From NCBI RefSeq assembly GCF_046119375.1, contig NW_027362768.1, forward strand, positions 23,622,001 to 23,686,000: a stretch of DNA of 64,000 nucleotides, given 5' to 3'. This document shows, piece by piece, positions 37,080 to 50,580 of the stretch. The position numbers and the translations under genes were made by a program. The notes below the pieces were generated by a model, which was given only the letters and a program-made list of their open reading frames with translations, was not told the origin of the DNA and did no database searches. This DNA comes from Phyllobates terribilis. Taxonomy: Eukaryota. Position 1 is the first letter of the stretch, and the number at the start of each line of letters is the position of its first letter.

Positions 37080-38691
37080 CTTCCTCCCCCCCAGTGAACC
37101 TCAGACATGTCCTGACTCCTGGGTTTCGGCTGGCGCACCAATCTGCTGCTCTGCAGGCGAGAGGGATCGCTTACCCCGCGGTTCCCGATCGGGCCTCCTG
37201 CTTTCCCTCCGCTGACGTCAAATCACGTTATTATATAGCTCAGCAAAGTCTATGGCACACAACACCCAGTTATACCGGGCTAAAATACTGTTCGTGACGC
37301 CAAGTATGGCGCTCCTCCTGGGCCGTGGGGTACTTGGTCCTGTATTGGAGTAGTCTTGGTGATACTGACCCGGTCTGTGGCCCAGGGCGGTCAAATAAAG
37401 AACAGTCAATTGGAGAAATAAAGATTTGGGGATAATGTTGTGACGCCACCCGTGATATGCGGCTATATGGGGCCGCCGCTGTAGTGCAGATCCACTGGGG
37501 CTGATGGTGACGCAGCATAGATGGTTCAGCTCTCCACAGGCAGAGATAAGCTCCAGGACAGTATATGGTGATTTGAAAAGGTAGATGTTGTCGGCAGGGA
37601 CAGTGTAGTGCAGGGCTGAGGGCGCAGGTAATGACCAGACAACACAAGAATGGCGGTTTCCTCTACCTTTACTTGAGGCTTGACGGTGCAGACCAGGGCA
37701 CTGGTAATAGCTGGTGATGGAGATCCAGGCGGCCTAGAAGCAATTTGGGGATCCACCTCGCCAGGTGGAGTTGTAGGCCTTCCCTCTGCGCTATCCTCTT
37801 TGGCCCTGCTGCTTAAAGATATGCTGCGGCCCTCGTTCCTGAACAATCGTTTATTCCTCGCCGTATGGCAGGCAGCTCGAGCCCTTTTCAGGTGTTGCTC
37901 CTTCGTGGCGGCGCTGGGCCCTAGTATGCTACTGAGCCGCCCGATGTTTGGTGGGGTCAGGAGACCTGCAGTCTCCTGCCCTCCGGATTTAGCTGTCGGG
38001 ACTTTAGTACCCGAACAACCACGGACTCGGGTGTCCTGTTTCTTCTGCTTTTCTCTGGGGCGAGCTTGGTCACAGCTCCTTTCCCCAGGTTCTCCTCATC
38101 GCTCTCCTGTCTATAACTCCCTTTTCTCACTCCAACTGACTTGTCTAAACCCCGCGTCCAGGCTCCAGTTTAAAGAGGAAGCTCCCCTGAAACCGGGTTA
38201 GAGCTCCCCCTTCTGGTCTGGGGCCAGGAAATGTGTTGGATGCTGGTGTTACCTGATAAGGGGACCCCTCCTTGCTTCTAGGCATGGCATCACCCCCTGT
38301 GAGGCAGGCAATGCCAATGTGGCATCTGGACTCTTGGGGTGCCACAATTGCACCACCTGTTCCTCTCGTAACACGCCCTTCATTTAAGTGCTCACTGGCT
38401 AGTCTGCTGTCCTAAGGTGACACTCCTCCACGATGACGCATGAGCCCATCCTACTTACACCATGCCCTTATTGGTCCATCTTTTCTATTTAGTAATTGGT
38501 CTCTCTATTTAAACCAGGAAACTCCTATCTTACACTAGTGCTTACGCTCCTTATAGCAGTGGATACAGAGGAACAAGCTGGTATACTTTTGCACTGTTTC
38601 TGACCTTATGTTCCTGGGCAGTTTGGTAATTCATATTTTTTGTCTTGTTTCCTCATTCTGGGCTGTCCAACTGCCGATAGGGCATGGTATA

Positions 38692-40065
38692 CAGTGATGA
38701 GCAAAAGGGTAACAATGTTTTGAACTTTTGACTTTCAGGCTCCATATCTCACCATCCACTACTGCTTCGAATGTGAGATTACCATCATTTTATATCCCAA
38801 GCGAAAGGTCACTGGTTCAAATCGAGAAACAGCCATGAAGAAGATTTCACAAGAAAAGAGAAATATCATCATCCGGCTAATCAATAGCGGTCTCTCATAC
38901 AAGAAAGCTGCCAAATTGCATCATGTGAGTGCCATGAGAGTTGGAAAAATATGAAATGAAGTCCATCCATCCATTCAAAAACCAAGAGGTGGACTTTCAG
39001 GCAAAATATTGGAGTCAACAAGTTGGCTAATCACAAGGTTTATCAGTTCTGGCGCAACAAACACGGCAGTGGAAATGGCTAGTACATTTTGCAATAGTGA
39101 GATCACAGACGTCCATGCAAGCACCGTTCGATGCACCTTACACAAGTCTGGAATAGTGGCTCGAAAAAAGGTGAAGAAGCCTCAACTTCAATATCGCCAT
39201 AAGAAGCGTTGGCTCGAGTTTGTACAAAAAGTGGACAGTAGAAGATTGTAAACGGGTGATTTGGAGTGATGAGACCGAAGTCAATAGACTAGGCTCTGAT
39301 GGGTGCAAATAGGTCTGGAAGAAACAAGGGAAAAAGTGACTAATGAAATGAGAAATGGAAGGAACTGTCAAGTTCGGTGGATGAAACCTGATGATATGGG
39401 GTTGTTTCACAGTCAAAGGCATTGGATACTTGACCAGGATCGATGGTGGTCTCAATGCTGAGCTATATGTGAGTATCCTACAGGATGAGTTACTTCATAC
39501 ACTCGAGTGCTATGGGTCTGAAAAGGACGATATAGTGTTCCAGCAGGACAACGACCTGAAGCATAGGTCGAGATTGGCGTAGAAATGGCTCAATGACAAT
39601 GAAGTGGAGGTGCTGTATTGGCCTCCACAGTCCCCAAACCTCAACCAAATCGAACACTTGTCGGTAGAATTGAGGAAAAAACTGTATACATACCAAAGTT
39701 AGTCAACCAGTATGCACCAACTTTGGGAACGTGTAAAAGAGACCTGGGATCAGATTTCGGTCCAGACATGTTTGAATCTGATTGAGAGCATGCCCAGAAG
39801 GATTCAGGCAGTGTTGAAAGCCAAAGGTGGATTTGCAAAATACTAACAAAATAATAAAAATGAAAATTTATATTTTTAGGAGCAAAACAGTAACATGACA
39901 AGAATCTGCATAACTAATTATATGATAAATAGTTGTAAGTCAAATTTATGTATGAGATAGTCAAGATGGTTGTCTATAAAATGATGGAAGTCTCACGTTC
40001 AAAGCAGTAGTGAATGGCCTGAAAGTCAAAAGTTCAAAACATTGTTACCATTTTGCTCTGCATTG
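38692..40065 (+). mobile_element. Tc1-family transposon, full length; defective transposase at about 38835-39846
   Basis: TA-flanked TIRs (CAGTGATGAGCAAAAGGGTAACAATGTTTTGAAC and its inverse), with WSDET, MIWGCF, FQQDNDLKH and WPPQSPNLNQIE motifs. Confidence 0.92.
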
Positions 40066-40099
40066 TAAGTCAGGTCTATCTAAAACTCATATAGCATTT

Positions 40100-40420
40100 G
40101 GTTTCCATTTTGGTTGAATCTGCCACTCTTTTTTTCTCATTCCACAAAGATCTGTTTCATTCTTTCATTCTTACAACTTCCTTTTTCCATTTTGTTTTTC
40201 TTCCTTTTTCTGTGTTTTCATTTTTCACTCTTTTGCTTCCCTTTTTTTCCCCTCTTCCCTTTTTTTCTCTTTTTTCTTTTTCCCCTTTTTTCTTCTTTTC
40301 TCCTTGTTTTCTATTTTCCCTTCCCTTTCTCCCTCTCCTTCCTCCTTCCTTTCTTTTTTCCCTTTTTTCTCTTTTTCTTTTTTCTCCCTTTTTCTCCTCT
40401 TTTTTATTTCTTGATTTTCC
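40100..40420. repeat. Polypyrimidine (T/C) low-complexity tract
   Basis: About 300 bp of almost pure T/C on the plus strand. Confidence 0.85.
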
Positions 40421-41298
40421 TTAGTATGACTCTCACCTATAGCCTTGGTCCACTTATCATTATTTTTCCTATAGCTCTGATTTACATTTCATCTAAATCT
40501 GGACTTCATTGGTTTGATTGTACATTGATTTTGTTATGTTCTGCATTTTATTTTATGTTTGAATACTTTGTACATTTATGGTTTGAAAATCTAATAAGTG
40601 TGTATAGACATGTGTACTTTCCAGTTGACTTTCATTCAATTTCGGGATAGGATCCTATTCGAGCACCCAACCTCAGAATTGCCGTGTGTATTATATAAGT
40701 ATATAAAAATACGGATCGATGTTCATCAGTGCTTTGGATCAAATCAAATCATCAGTCTTTGGTTCGTGTTAGGTTTTACTATCAGTGTTTCATCAGTGAC
40801 TTTCATTGATTAAAAAATAAATAAGTAAATTGTAAAGCTTTCCCAATTCATTGCAATGTTAATCATGGACTGGACACTGATGGCATCTGTGTGCTGTTCA
40901 TGATTTTCACGGACCCTTAGAATTGTATGGGTACTTTGATCCATGACTGTGATCTAAAATGGAATTGTCCCTGTGACTTTTTGAGGACCATTCAGACCAC
41001 AGTAAAACTTGGGCGTGTGGACAGACTCGTAAACCATTATAGCTGTATTCTATCTCAGAAAATCACAGATAGAACATGTACATTACTCACAGACATCAGA
41101 GTGAGGCCTAAGAGTTACTTATTACTATTCTATTCAAATAGACCATACACAGTGCATAATTATGCACTACGCAATAAACCCTGAATATCTGTAGTATTCC
41201 TAGGCTCAAGCCCCGGATGTTTGGCCTAGTGTCCCAGATCTCTAAGTGACTGCCAGATTGAATTGTATTCACATCCACTGGAAACAAAGTTGAATACT

Positions 41299-41990
41299 AT
41301 GGCAAAAATTGGAAGCTGGCACGTTTAGGTGGGCTGCGCTGCGGGAATGAAGAGGCTTGGGATTCCACGATGGTTTTTATTAATACCAACGCGTTTCTGC
41401 GCCGGAATGGCGCCTTTCTCAAGGTATAAAAACCAAATGAACAGGACACAACAACTGAGGGCTTTAAGTAGGAGAAAATGGCTCCAAAAAGCACAAGGAA
41501 CGCCCCTAAAATGGGAGGGGGAGGAAGCGAGGAGAAAAAAAAAGGGGTGTTGACACAAGGCACAAGGAAGGTAAAGTGGTGAATAAAGCAGAGAAGAAAT
41601 AAATAAATAAATAGAGTTAAATAAAGTTAACTTTGTTCCCTGCACTCCTTCTCTATATATTTATTCATTTCTTCTCTGCTTTATTAACCACTTTACCTTC
41701 CTTGTGCCTTGTGTCAACACCCCTTTTTTTTTTTCCTTTTCATTTTTTTTCTTTCTCCTCGCTTCCTCCCCCTCCCCTTTTAGGGGCGTTCCTTATGCTT
41801 TTTGGAGCCATTTTCTCCTACTTAAAGCCCTCGGTTGTTGTGTCCTGTTCATTTGGTTTATATACCCTGTAAAAGGCGCCGGTCCGGCGCAGAAACGCGT
41901 TGGTATTAAGAAAAACCATCCTGGAATCCCAAGCCTCTTCATTCCCGCAGCGCAGCCCGCCTAAACGTGCCAGCTTCCAATTTTTACCAT
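41299..41990. repeat. Long inverted repeat (arms about 41299-41616 and 41651-41990) with Penelope-like hammerhead remnants
   Basis: The arms are reverse complements across a 34-bp spacer, and each carries stem-GAAACGCGTT. Confidence 0.88.
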
Positions 41991-42228
41991 TACCTCTGGA
42001 AGAACCATTTCCTGCAGCAACGGGGCAGCAGCAGAGGCTTTTGATGCATTTATAGGTGTTGTGCCTGCACACAACACCTTTAGGTGAGTGCTACCATTGA
42101 TTATACCTACCCCTTGCCAGACAGTATTGCCCTATTTTGTCCCTCTCCAGAGCTTCTCAAAGTTGAATACTATAACAGAGCAACAGGCCTTTACAACAGT
42201 GATGTAACTTGAGTCTTAGGGTCCCAGG

Positions 42229-44043
42229 TAGTGATGGGCGAACCCGAACAGTAAAGTTCAGGGTCCGTACCGAACACCTACTGTTTGGGCACGGACCCCG
42301 AACATGGACTTCCTCAGTAAGTCCGTGTTACTGTTTGAGCTCTGGCTCGGGTTCGGGTGTTTCCCGCTCTGTCACAGCGCAGGAAACACAGGCTCTGATC
42401 GGCGGTAATACCATTACCGCGGTCAGAGCGCTGTGGCATCATGTTGACAGGTGTCAGCATGATGACATAGCTGTGACAGTAACTCGCGGTAAAAAGCTTA
42501 CCGCGGGTCATAGGCGACGGCTGATGGTACTACTACCACCATCAGCCGGCGCCTCCTGTCGTAGGGAACAACAAGCGCAGGCACTGCTGGATGGGAGCAG
42601 TAGTCTCCCATCCGCCAGCGCCTGTGCTCTGCTGAAAGTAAAAAAAAATGTTACCATTAATAAAAAAAAGTTCAAATAAAATTAAAACACATTATACTCA
42701 CCTACACCTTGTCCCCAATGTTTGGCGCTCCTGCAAAAAAGAAAAAAGAAAAAAACTCCATATACTTGACTCGCCCCCTGGGCCGTGGGGCACCCGGAAC
42801 TGGGCTTCAGTGCGATGATGGGGGTAGTAGTGGCAACCCGATCCCGTGGCTCAGGGTGGTCAGACCAAATGCTGTGTTAGTCTATTTGTAGAGTTATGAA
42901 TGTCTGACTACGCCACCCGTGGATTGCGGTCAGGGATGACCACTGCTGCTAGGCAGACCGCTGAGGCTGATGTTGGTGTGCAGCACAGGGGTAGGATAAC
43001 TCCCCACGGGAAGAGTGTAGCCTCAGGGCAGCGTATATGAATGCTGGGGGTGATAGTGCAGGCCGCAGTAATAAAAGTTCAGAGTCCGCTTCAAACAGTC
43101 CAGGGTCTTTATTGTAGGTATTACTACTGACCCAACAGGAGTACCGGGTAGGAATGGGCCTGGGTATCTGAGAGCACTCGGGCGAGCCCCACTGGTCAGG
43201 GTGAGTGTGAAGGCCTACCGTTCTCTCTCTGCCCTTGCTGACTATCCCCCTTTTCGTGGTGTGATAGCCCACGTCCCTGAGCTGGCCGTGTACTTCGCCT
43301 GTATGGCTTTCGACTCGGGCCTTAGGTACCTTTTGCTTTTCCGTGCTGTACCGGTCCCTCTGTGTGGCGGAGCCTCCAGGCTTCTTAGGCCAAGGGACCT
43401 GAAATCCCTCACAGGATGGTTCTCTGCTGCTGGGCTTGCAACCCTGACAGCCTCGGACCCCAATGTCCGGTAGTGATTCTCTCAGCCAGGACCGGCTCTC
43501 GTCGCCTCTGTCCCTGGCTTGCAGTCTCTCCTCTGCCTCACGGACTCCTCAGCTGCTGCTGACCTGTCCCTCTTCTCTGAGAACCCTTCTGGACACTTCA
43601 GAAGTGGGTTCTGGTCTCTCTAACCCTGCCCCAGTTCCAGCTTTTATAGGGGCAGCCTGCTCCCCCTACTGGCCTGGGACAGGAGGTGCTGCATGCTAAT
43701 GGTCCCTGACCAGGGAACCTCCCTCCTGCTCTCAGACACAGCCTTTAATATTTGTGGCATCCAGGCCTGGGGTGACACATACTCACCGTACACCTAGTCC
43801 CCGAAGCCCATGATCACCTGTAATAAAAGTAAAATAATAAAGCAACCTCATCCTCACCTGTCTGCTGCAGTCCAAATAGCAAGGGCCAGGGATATTTGGC
43901 TCCCCCATTCACATGAATGGGTTCCTATTTTCGGGTTCGGGGTTCGGGTACTGTTTTGGTACCCGAACCCCAACTTTTAAAAAACTGTTCGGCATTCGGC
44001 TCAATTAGCCAAACCCGAACAGTTACAGGTTCGCCCATCACTA
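42229..44043. mobile_element. hAT MITE
   Basis: TIR TAGTGATGGGCGAAC and GTTCGCCCATCACTA with an 8-bp TSD GTCCCAGG. Confidence 0.93.
42767..43779 (-). mobile_element. Solo Gypsy LTR nested in the hAT MITE
   Basis: Minus-strand end ...CCACGGCCCAGGGGGCGAGTCA with TSD TACT on both sides. Confidence 0.9.
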
Positions 44044-46299
44044 GTCCCAGGGCAACAATTGTATCTGGTTCCTTGCCCCCCCCACCACACACACACTAGC
44101 ATAGATTCCAACCATCCTCGATTCAATAGAATGAGCTGTCCCACTGTGCCTGGAGGTCAGTGCTATGTCTTGACTTTCACTCATGCTGTGTAATGACTTG
44201 TCTTCTGCACAGCTGTGCCGACTTCACTGCGTGTGTTCATTGCTCAGCAGTAGTTATTCCTCCTCCACTAGGAGAAGGACTGTCATCTGTTTGTGCACTG
44301 AGCATACTCACTTTCATTTAATTAACTCATTCTACTCTATTCCTGAGGTCTCCCCAAGATTCAAACGCACAACCTACAACATTGGAGGCAGCAGAAAAAC
44401 CTATGAGCCAAAGGATTAACTCTTAAGTATAGAAGAATAGAAAGATTTTCTGTAATTGAATATGCATTGAACGCATCTTCATTACAGGCACATTGTACTG
44501 ATACATAGAGCTACTCTTCTGTATACTAGGTTAATCCTATAAAGAGCTAGCGTAACAGAACATATCAAGAAATTCCTACATAGCTACTGGATAGGAATAA
44601 AGGGTTCAGCACAAAAGACATATACAAGTATATACTAGACTATATACTAGTAGATTTCTAAATACTTGTATTCTAGAAGTAAAATAAAAGTCAGATTTTT
44701 TTGTTCCTATAACATTAATGAAGAGTAATGAAAAACAATTACAATGATGACATTTTAATGCACTTTTTAAAAAAATAAAAATTACAATTCAGCAAATAAT
44801 ATGGTCACATTTGGTGTACCTGTAATCGCTGCAACACAGTGAACAGATTAATTAGTGCTAGATAAATGGCATAAAAATGATGTGATTGATTCTTTTATCT
44901 ATTAAAACCATAGTAAATGTAATAAAAATGTAACGCTGAGGCCGTGTTCACACATTTTTGCTGCATTTTTTTTATCTGAAAGTCTTCTGTAGGCGATAGG
45001 GTCTGTGTACACTGCCCATAAAAAAATAAATAAAACAAGGCAATACGATCATTTTCTAAGTAATACTTCTAAATAATACAGTCATATCGTTACTTAATAA
45101 CAAGTATTAGCCCTATATTATTACTGAACAAAACCTACTATACAAAGACCATACAACATACAAGAGGCACCTAATACTGCCACATCATGACCATATGCTA
45201 CTAACACATAGTGTCCGAATAAAATCCCCAATCCTGTTACTGAGGAAAACTCACTATACCAAGACCAATATAAAGATAATACTACATACAAAGAACCTCC
45301 AGATAATGACCATCATATTGATTATTAATAAAAATTACAGTGCTAACTAGTGATGAGCGAGCATGCTCACTACTGCTTGGTGCTCGCCCGAGCATCTCAC
45401 TGCTCGAGATACTCGGCGCTTGCCGAGTATTTCCAGGTTGCTCGGGCGGGAACTCGGGTCCCCTCCCTGCATGTTAAGCGCTCTTTAGAGAGCCAATGAA
45501 CATGCAGGGATTGCCTGTCATCCACTGTAATGCCGTAGCCATGTTGGTTGTGGGCATTACAGTGATTGGCTGGCCGCACAGCGTCATCAGGTCTATATCA
45601 TACCTGGCGCCGCCATGCTCATCACAGTCACTCCGGATCAGACAGTGTAGGGAGAGCTGCTGCTGTGTCAGGGAGAGATTTGATCGTGTATTAGATAGTG
45701 TAGGGCGAAAAACCGTACATTACACATATCCATCTTAACAAACAGTCCTTCTGAGGACTAATCCATCTGCAGAGATATCAGGCAGGCAGGGTGTATAGGC
45801 AGGCAATGTATATAGCAGACTGCAGTGCATATAGCACAAGAGACTCCATTCCAATTCTGCCTTCTGCTGCTGTTAGATATTTCTATACAAAGGCCCAGGT
45901 CTCAGGGGCCAGGAATACTTTTCTTTGGATCTTAATCCTCATTATTTGCTTAAAAAGCAATCCAGAGAACGCCATTTTTTCTGCGCCATTTGCTTGTTGG
46001 CACTGCAGAATACAGCCAGGTACTTTCCATTTTAGAGCGGTAGAAACCCAGCTATTTAAAACTGTGCTTTCTCCGTCGAACGGATCACATATACGTTGTC
46101 AAAAAATACTGCCATTTCTGGCCTCCATTAAAAATTTCCTTTAGTGTGTCATTGAAGCAATTCACCGCAGTTTGCTGTTCAAACTACTTACCTATAGGCC
46201 AGGTATTTAAAACTGTGTTTTCGCTATCACACGGATCACATATAAGTTCGCTCCAAACTCAGTCATTTGTAGTGAGCGTGGAAGATACTGTCCTCCATT

Positions 46300-49200
46300 T
46301 AAAATAGGCAAGGCACGTGGCAAGGGACGGGGATGCTAATGGTGCATGCAGAGGCCGAAGATAAGGCTGTGGGCAAGCCGAAATTGTGCCACAACAAACA
46401 CCCACATCTTCTCGCCTGACCTTCCTGTCCCAATTTCTAGGGGACCGCAGCACACCACTATTGAACCCAGAGTAGTGTCAAAAGGTTGTTGGTTGGATAG
46501 CGGATAATGCTTCCAGTCACTTAGCCACCACCACCACCACCCTGTCTTTCACACGGTCAAGTCTCTGTAGCCGTGAGTCTTGACCGCATATTCCTCACCC
46601 TGATCCTCCTTCCTCCCACCATGCAGAGTACCCAGAGACAACTGATCCCACACTTGGACACTCTGAAGAGCTGTTCACTTTTCCATTTATAGATTCGGGC
46701 CTCTCGCCCGGTCCACTTGAAGCGGGGCAAGAGGAGATCGCGTGTAGCGATGCCCAAATATTTGAGCAGCCACGGTCACACGAAGGCGATGGTGGGAAAG
46801 TGTCACAAGAGGTGGACGATGATGAGACACAATTGCCAGAAAGTCAGGAGGAGGACCAGGGTGCGGAAGTGGAAGACGAGGTGGTGGATGATATTGTATC
46901 TGACCCAACCTGGCAGGAGGACATGCAGAGCGAGGACAGCAGCACACAGGGGGAGGGAGGCAGAGCACCCCAACAGGCAGGAAGAAGCAGTGTGGTGGCC
47001 ACAGACAGAAGGCAGGCAACCGTTCCCCGTAACACCAACACGAAGGAAGTTGCCAGTACAACTGTTAGTTCTTCCCCAGTCTGGTTGTCTTTTAAAGACT
47101 CTGCCGATAACCCCAAAAAGGCCATTTGCACCATCTGCCAGCTCAGCATCAGCAGGGGTGGCAAAACGACCAGCCTGACCACCACCAGCATGATCAGGCA
47201 CATGAAAGCAAAGCATCCAACTTTGTGGGCCGAACCCCAGTGTCCAGACACTGTGTCTGCGGGAGGCACCATTGCTTCTTCCGCTATTGTGCATGCAAGC
47301 CAATCCCCTGTCCATGGTGCATGCGAAGATGCCTCCAGCCCTGCACCTGACGTTGCACACTCAAGTAGCAGCATTAGGAAGAACGTCCATGTCCTTGTCC
47401 CAGCGCAGCGTTCAGTTGTCCATACCCCAGTCCTTGGAACGCAAGCGCAAATATGCAGCCAACGCCCCACAGGCCAAACTACTAAATTCTCACATTAGCA
47501 CGTGTCCTAAAACATTAGCCGTGCTCTCAACAACGCAGTTACCGGTAAAGTCCACCTAACCACGGACACATGGACAAGTGCTTGTGGGCAGGGATGGTAC
47601 ATCTCGCTGATGGCACACTGGGTTAGCATAGTGGAAGCCGGGACCCAGTCGGACCTTGGGACGGAACATGTCCTCCCAACGCCAAGGATTGCAGGCCCTA
47701 GGTCAATCAGGGTTGCCCCCATGGTCTACAGCTCCTGCACCTCATCCTCCTCAGCCTCCTCCTATTCTTCAGCCTCCAATGACCACATCAGTCACAAGCT
47801 GGAAGCACTGCAGCACTGCCTCGGCCAAGCGGCAACAGGCTGTGCTGAAGCTAATATGCTTAGCTGAAAAACCGCACAATGCTGAAGAGTTGTGGACAGC
47901 TCTGAAAGAGCAGGCAGATCTGTGGCTCACATCGCTGAACCTACAGCCAAGTATGGTTGTGTGTGACAATGGCCGGAACCTGGTATCAGCTCTGAGGCGA
48001 GGCGAGCTCACACACGTACCATGCCTGGCCCATGAGCTTAACCTCGTGGTTCAGCGGTTTCTCAAATCCTACCCGGAGCTGCTGGATCTGCTTGTTAAAG
48101 TACACCTCCTGTGTGCCTATTTTAGAAAGTCAGCTACAGCTTCCGCCGCCCTTGCAGTGTTTCAGCAGCGTTTGCAGCTTCAAGCTCACTGACTGGTGTG
48201 TGATGTCGCCACGCGTTGGAACTCTACACTGCAGATGTTGGGAAGGATTTGTGAGCAGAAGAGGGCAGTTGTTAAGTACCAGCCACAACAAGGCTGTTGG
48301 TATTCAGTTCAGACTCCACACATAAGACCTCAGGAGTGGACATAGAGGTCAGACATATGTACCATCCTCCAAAACTTTGAGGACTCCACCAAGATGGTGA
48401 GCGGCGATGACGCCATAATTAGCTTCACCATCCCGCTTCTCTGTCTTCTGAAACGCTCTCTGCTCACAATCAAAGAGGATGCATTGCAGGCGGAGCATGA
48501 TGAGATAAAGCAAGGAACCATACAGGGTGATTACACACAGCCAAGCCTCATCTCATCCCAACGTGGATTGGGTGACAATGAGGAAGAGGAGGAGGAGGAG
48601 GAAGGACAGGAGCTAGTTTCATGCACTATAGACGGTACTACCTGCACAGCCGTCATACCGTCTGTTCAGCGTGGATGGCCAGAGGACAGAGAGGAGGAGG
48701 AGACCATGGTCAGTCATCCTCTTGGTGAGGACACGGAAGTCTTGCCTGTTAGTAGTCTGGCACGCATGGCTGAGTTTATGTTACGCTGCCTTTCCCATGA
48801 CCCTCGCATTCTCAAAATTTTGGGTGACAGTCATTACTGCTTGGTGACACTTCTAGACCCACGCTACAAGGAGAACTTTATATCTCTTATTCCTGAGGCG
48901 GACAGGTCTACAAAAATGGGGCAGTACCAGAAGGCCCTTGTTGCGGAACTATTAAAAAAATTCCCATCTGAAAACGCTGGCGGCAGAGGGCACACTTCGT
49001 TGGACAACCAAGGAGTACAGGCGAGAGAGACACAACTTCAATCCAGCAGAGGCAGAGGAACACTGTCAAAGTACTGGGAGAGATTTCTCAGACCCTCCCA
49101 TCGCACAGGCCCTGAGTCACGGGTTACTCTAACATGGAGTGGAAAGTTTGGGAAGATGCTGAGGGAGTACAATGCCGACCGTACCAACGTCCTCCGTGAT

Positions 49201-49458
49201 TCCTCTGTGCCTTATAATTATTGGGTATCCAAGCTGGATACGTGGAATGAACTGGCTCTCTATGCCTTGGAGGTCCTGGCCTGCCCTGCCGCCAGCGTTT
49301 AATCAGAGCGGGTTTTTAGTGCCGCTGGTGGAATTATAACTGATAAGCGCATCCGCCTGTCAACTGAAAATGCTGACAGGCTGACTCTTATTAAAATGAA
49401 CAAGGGCTGGATTGGGCCAGACTTCTCAACACCACCGAATGATAGCAGCGTAACATAA
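46300..49458 (+). pseudogene. hAT transposase (ZBED1/4-like), disrupted
   Basis: BED finger WLSF..AICTICQ..TTSMIRHMKAKH, VHLTTDTWTS, VCDNGRNL, CLAHELNL, DVATRWNS and CPAASV*SERVFSAAG..RLSTENADRL. Confidence 0.92.
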
Positions 49459-49880
49459 ACTCAAATCCAGTGTCTTTTCTTGGGAAGTGTATTCCCATGC
49501 ACCTTTTCACACCCACACATGGGTATACGCTTCCTGATTTTGTCTATTTGCTCTCGTCCTCCTCCTTCTCCTCATCCTCCACCACCATATCACCAGGGTG
49601 ACCGTGGTCTGTGATGAAACACCCACATAATTTTTTTAAAGGGTGTTTATGATGCCCGTGAAAAATTTTTTTTATACAATATGTTCATGTATATCCCCCA
49701 GGGGTAAATGTTTGTCAACCCATACACTTAGTGCATGGACATTACAAGTATATTAGACCCTCTCCTTTCTAATGGGAACATTTTTTATGAGGCCCTCCTC
49801 CACGTCTCTTCCAAGGGGCATTGAAGTGCTTCCAAATTTTTGGCAGCCCTTGCATTCACTGCATAGGCCAACACTATGGG

Positions 49881-50580
49881 AGACTCTCTCCTTTCTAATG
49901 GGAATTTGTCATTACTGTGGCCCTGCTCTGTGTGTCTTTAAATTCTTAGTGGGATTTTTCCTAAAATTGGTCAGCCGTTAGACTCACTGCATACCCTGTA
50001 ACTGTATAGCAGACCCTTTCCTTTCTAATGGGAACCTGTCGTACTTGTTACTGTGGCCTTGCTCTGTGTGTCTTTAAATTCTTAGTGGGGTTTTTCCTAA
50101 AATTGGTCAGCCGTTGGACTCACTGCATACCCTATAACTGTATAGCAGACCCTCTCCTTTCTAATGGGAACATGTCGTACTTGTTACTGTGGCCCTGCTC
50201 TGTGTGTCTTTAAATTCTTAGTGGGGTTTTTCCTAAAATTGGTCAGCCGTTGGACTCACTGCTTACCCTATAACTGTATAACAGACCCTCTCCTTTCTAA
50301 TGGGAACATGTCGTACCTTGTTACTGTGGCCCTGCTCCGTGTGTCTTTAAATTCTTAGTGGGGTTTTTCCTAAAATTGGTCAGCCGTTGGACTCACTGCA
50401 TATCCTATAACTGTATAGCAGACCCTCTCCTTTCTAATGGGAACATGTCATACCTTGTTACTGTGTCCCTGCTCTATGTGTCTTTAAATTCTTAGTGGGG
50501 TTTTTCCCAAATTTTGGCAGCCCTTGCAGTCACAGCATGGGCATTACCACTATAGGAGACCCGCTCCTTTATAATGGGAA
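49881..50580 (+). repeat. 136-137 bp tandem repeat, about 5 copies, in the hAT 3' region
   Basis: Unit starts at 50011, 50147, 50283, 50420 and 50557. Confidence 0.92.

Larger units (their letters stand above)
30454..38346 (-). mobile_element. Full-length Ty3/Gypsy element E, same lineage as B and more decayed
   Basis: LTRs at 37307-38346 (5') and 30454-31430 (3'), TSD ATTG, PPT revcomp at 31431-31442, and PBS TGGCGTCACGAACAG at about 37288-37302 on the minus strand. Confidence 0.92.

Noticed and set aside
40098-40650. Phe/Leu-rich membrane-protein-like ORFs
   Set aside because: Artefact of the polypyrimidine tract.
49881-50580. 136-bp repeats as a CRISPR or regulatory array
   Set aside because: Head-to-tail satellite with no spacers, lying in the hAT 3' region.
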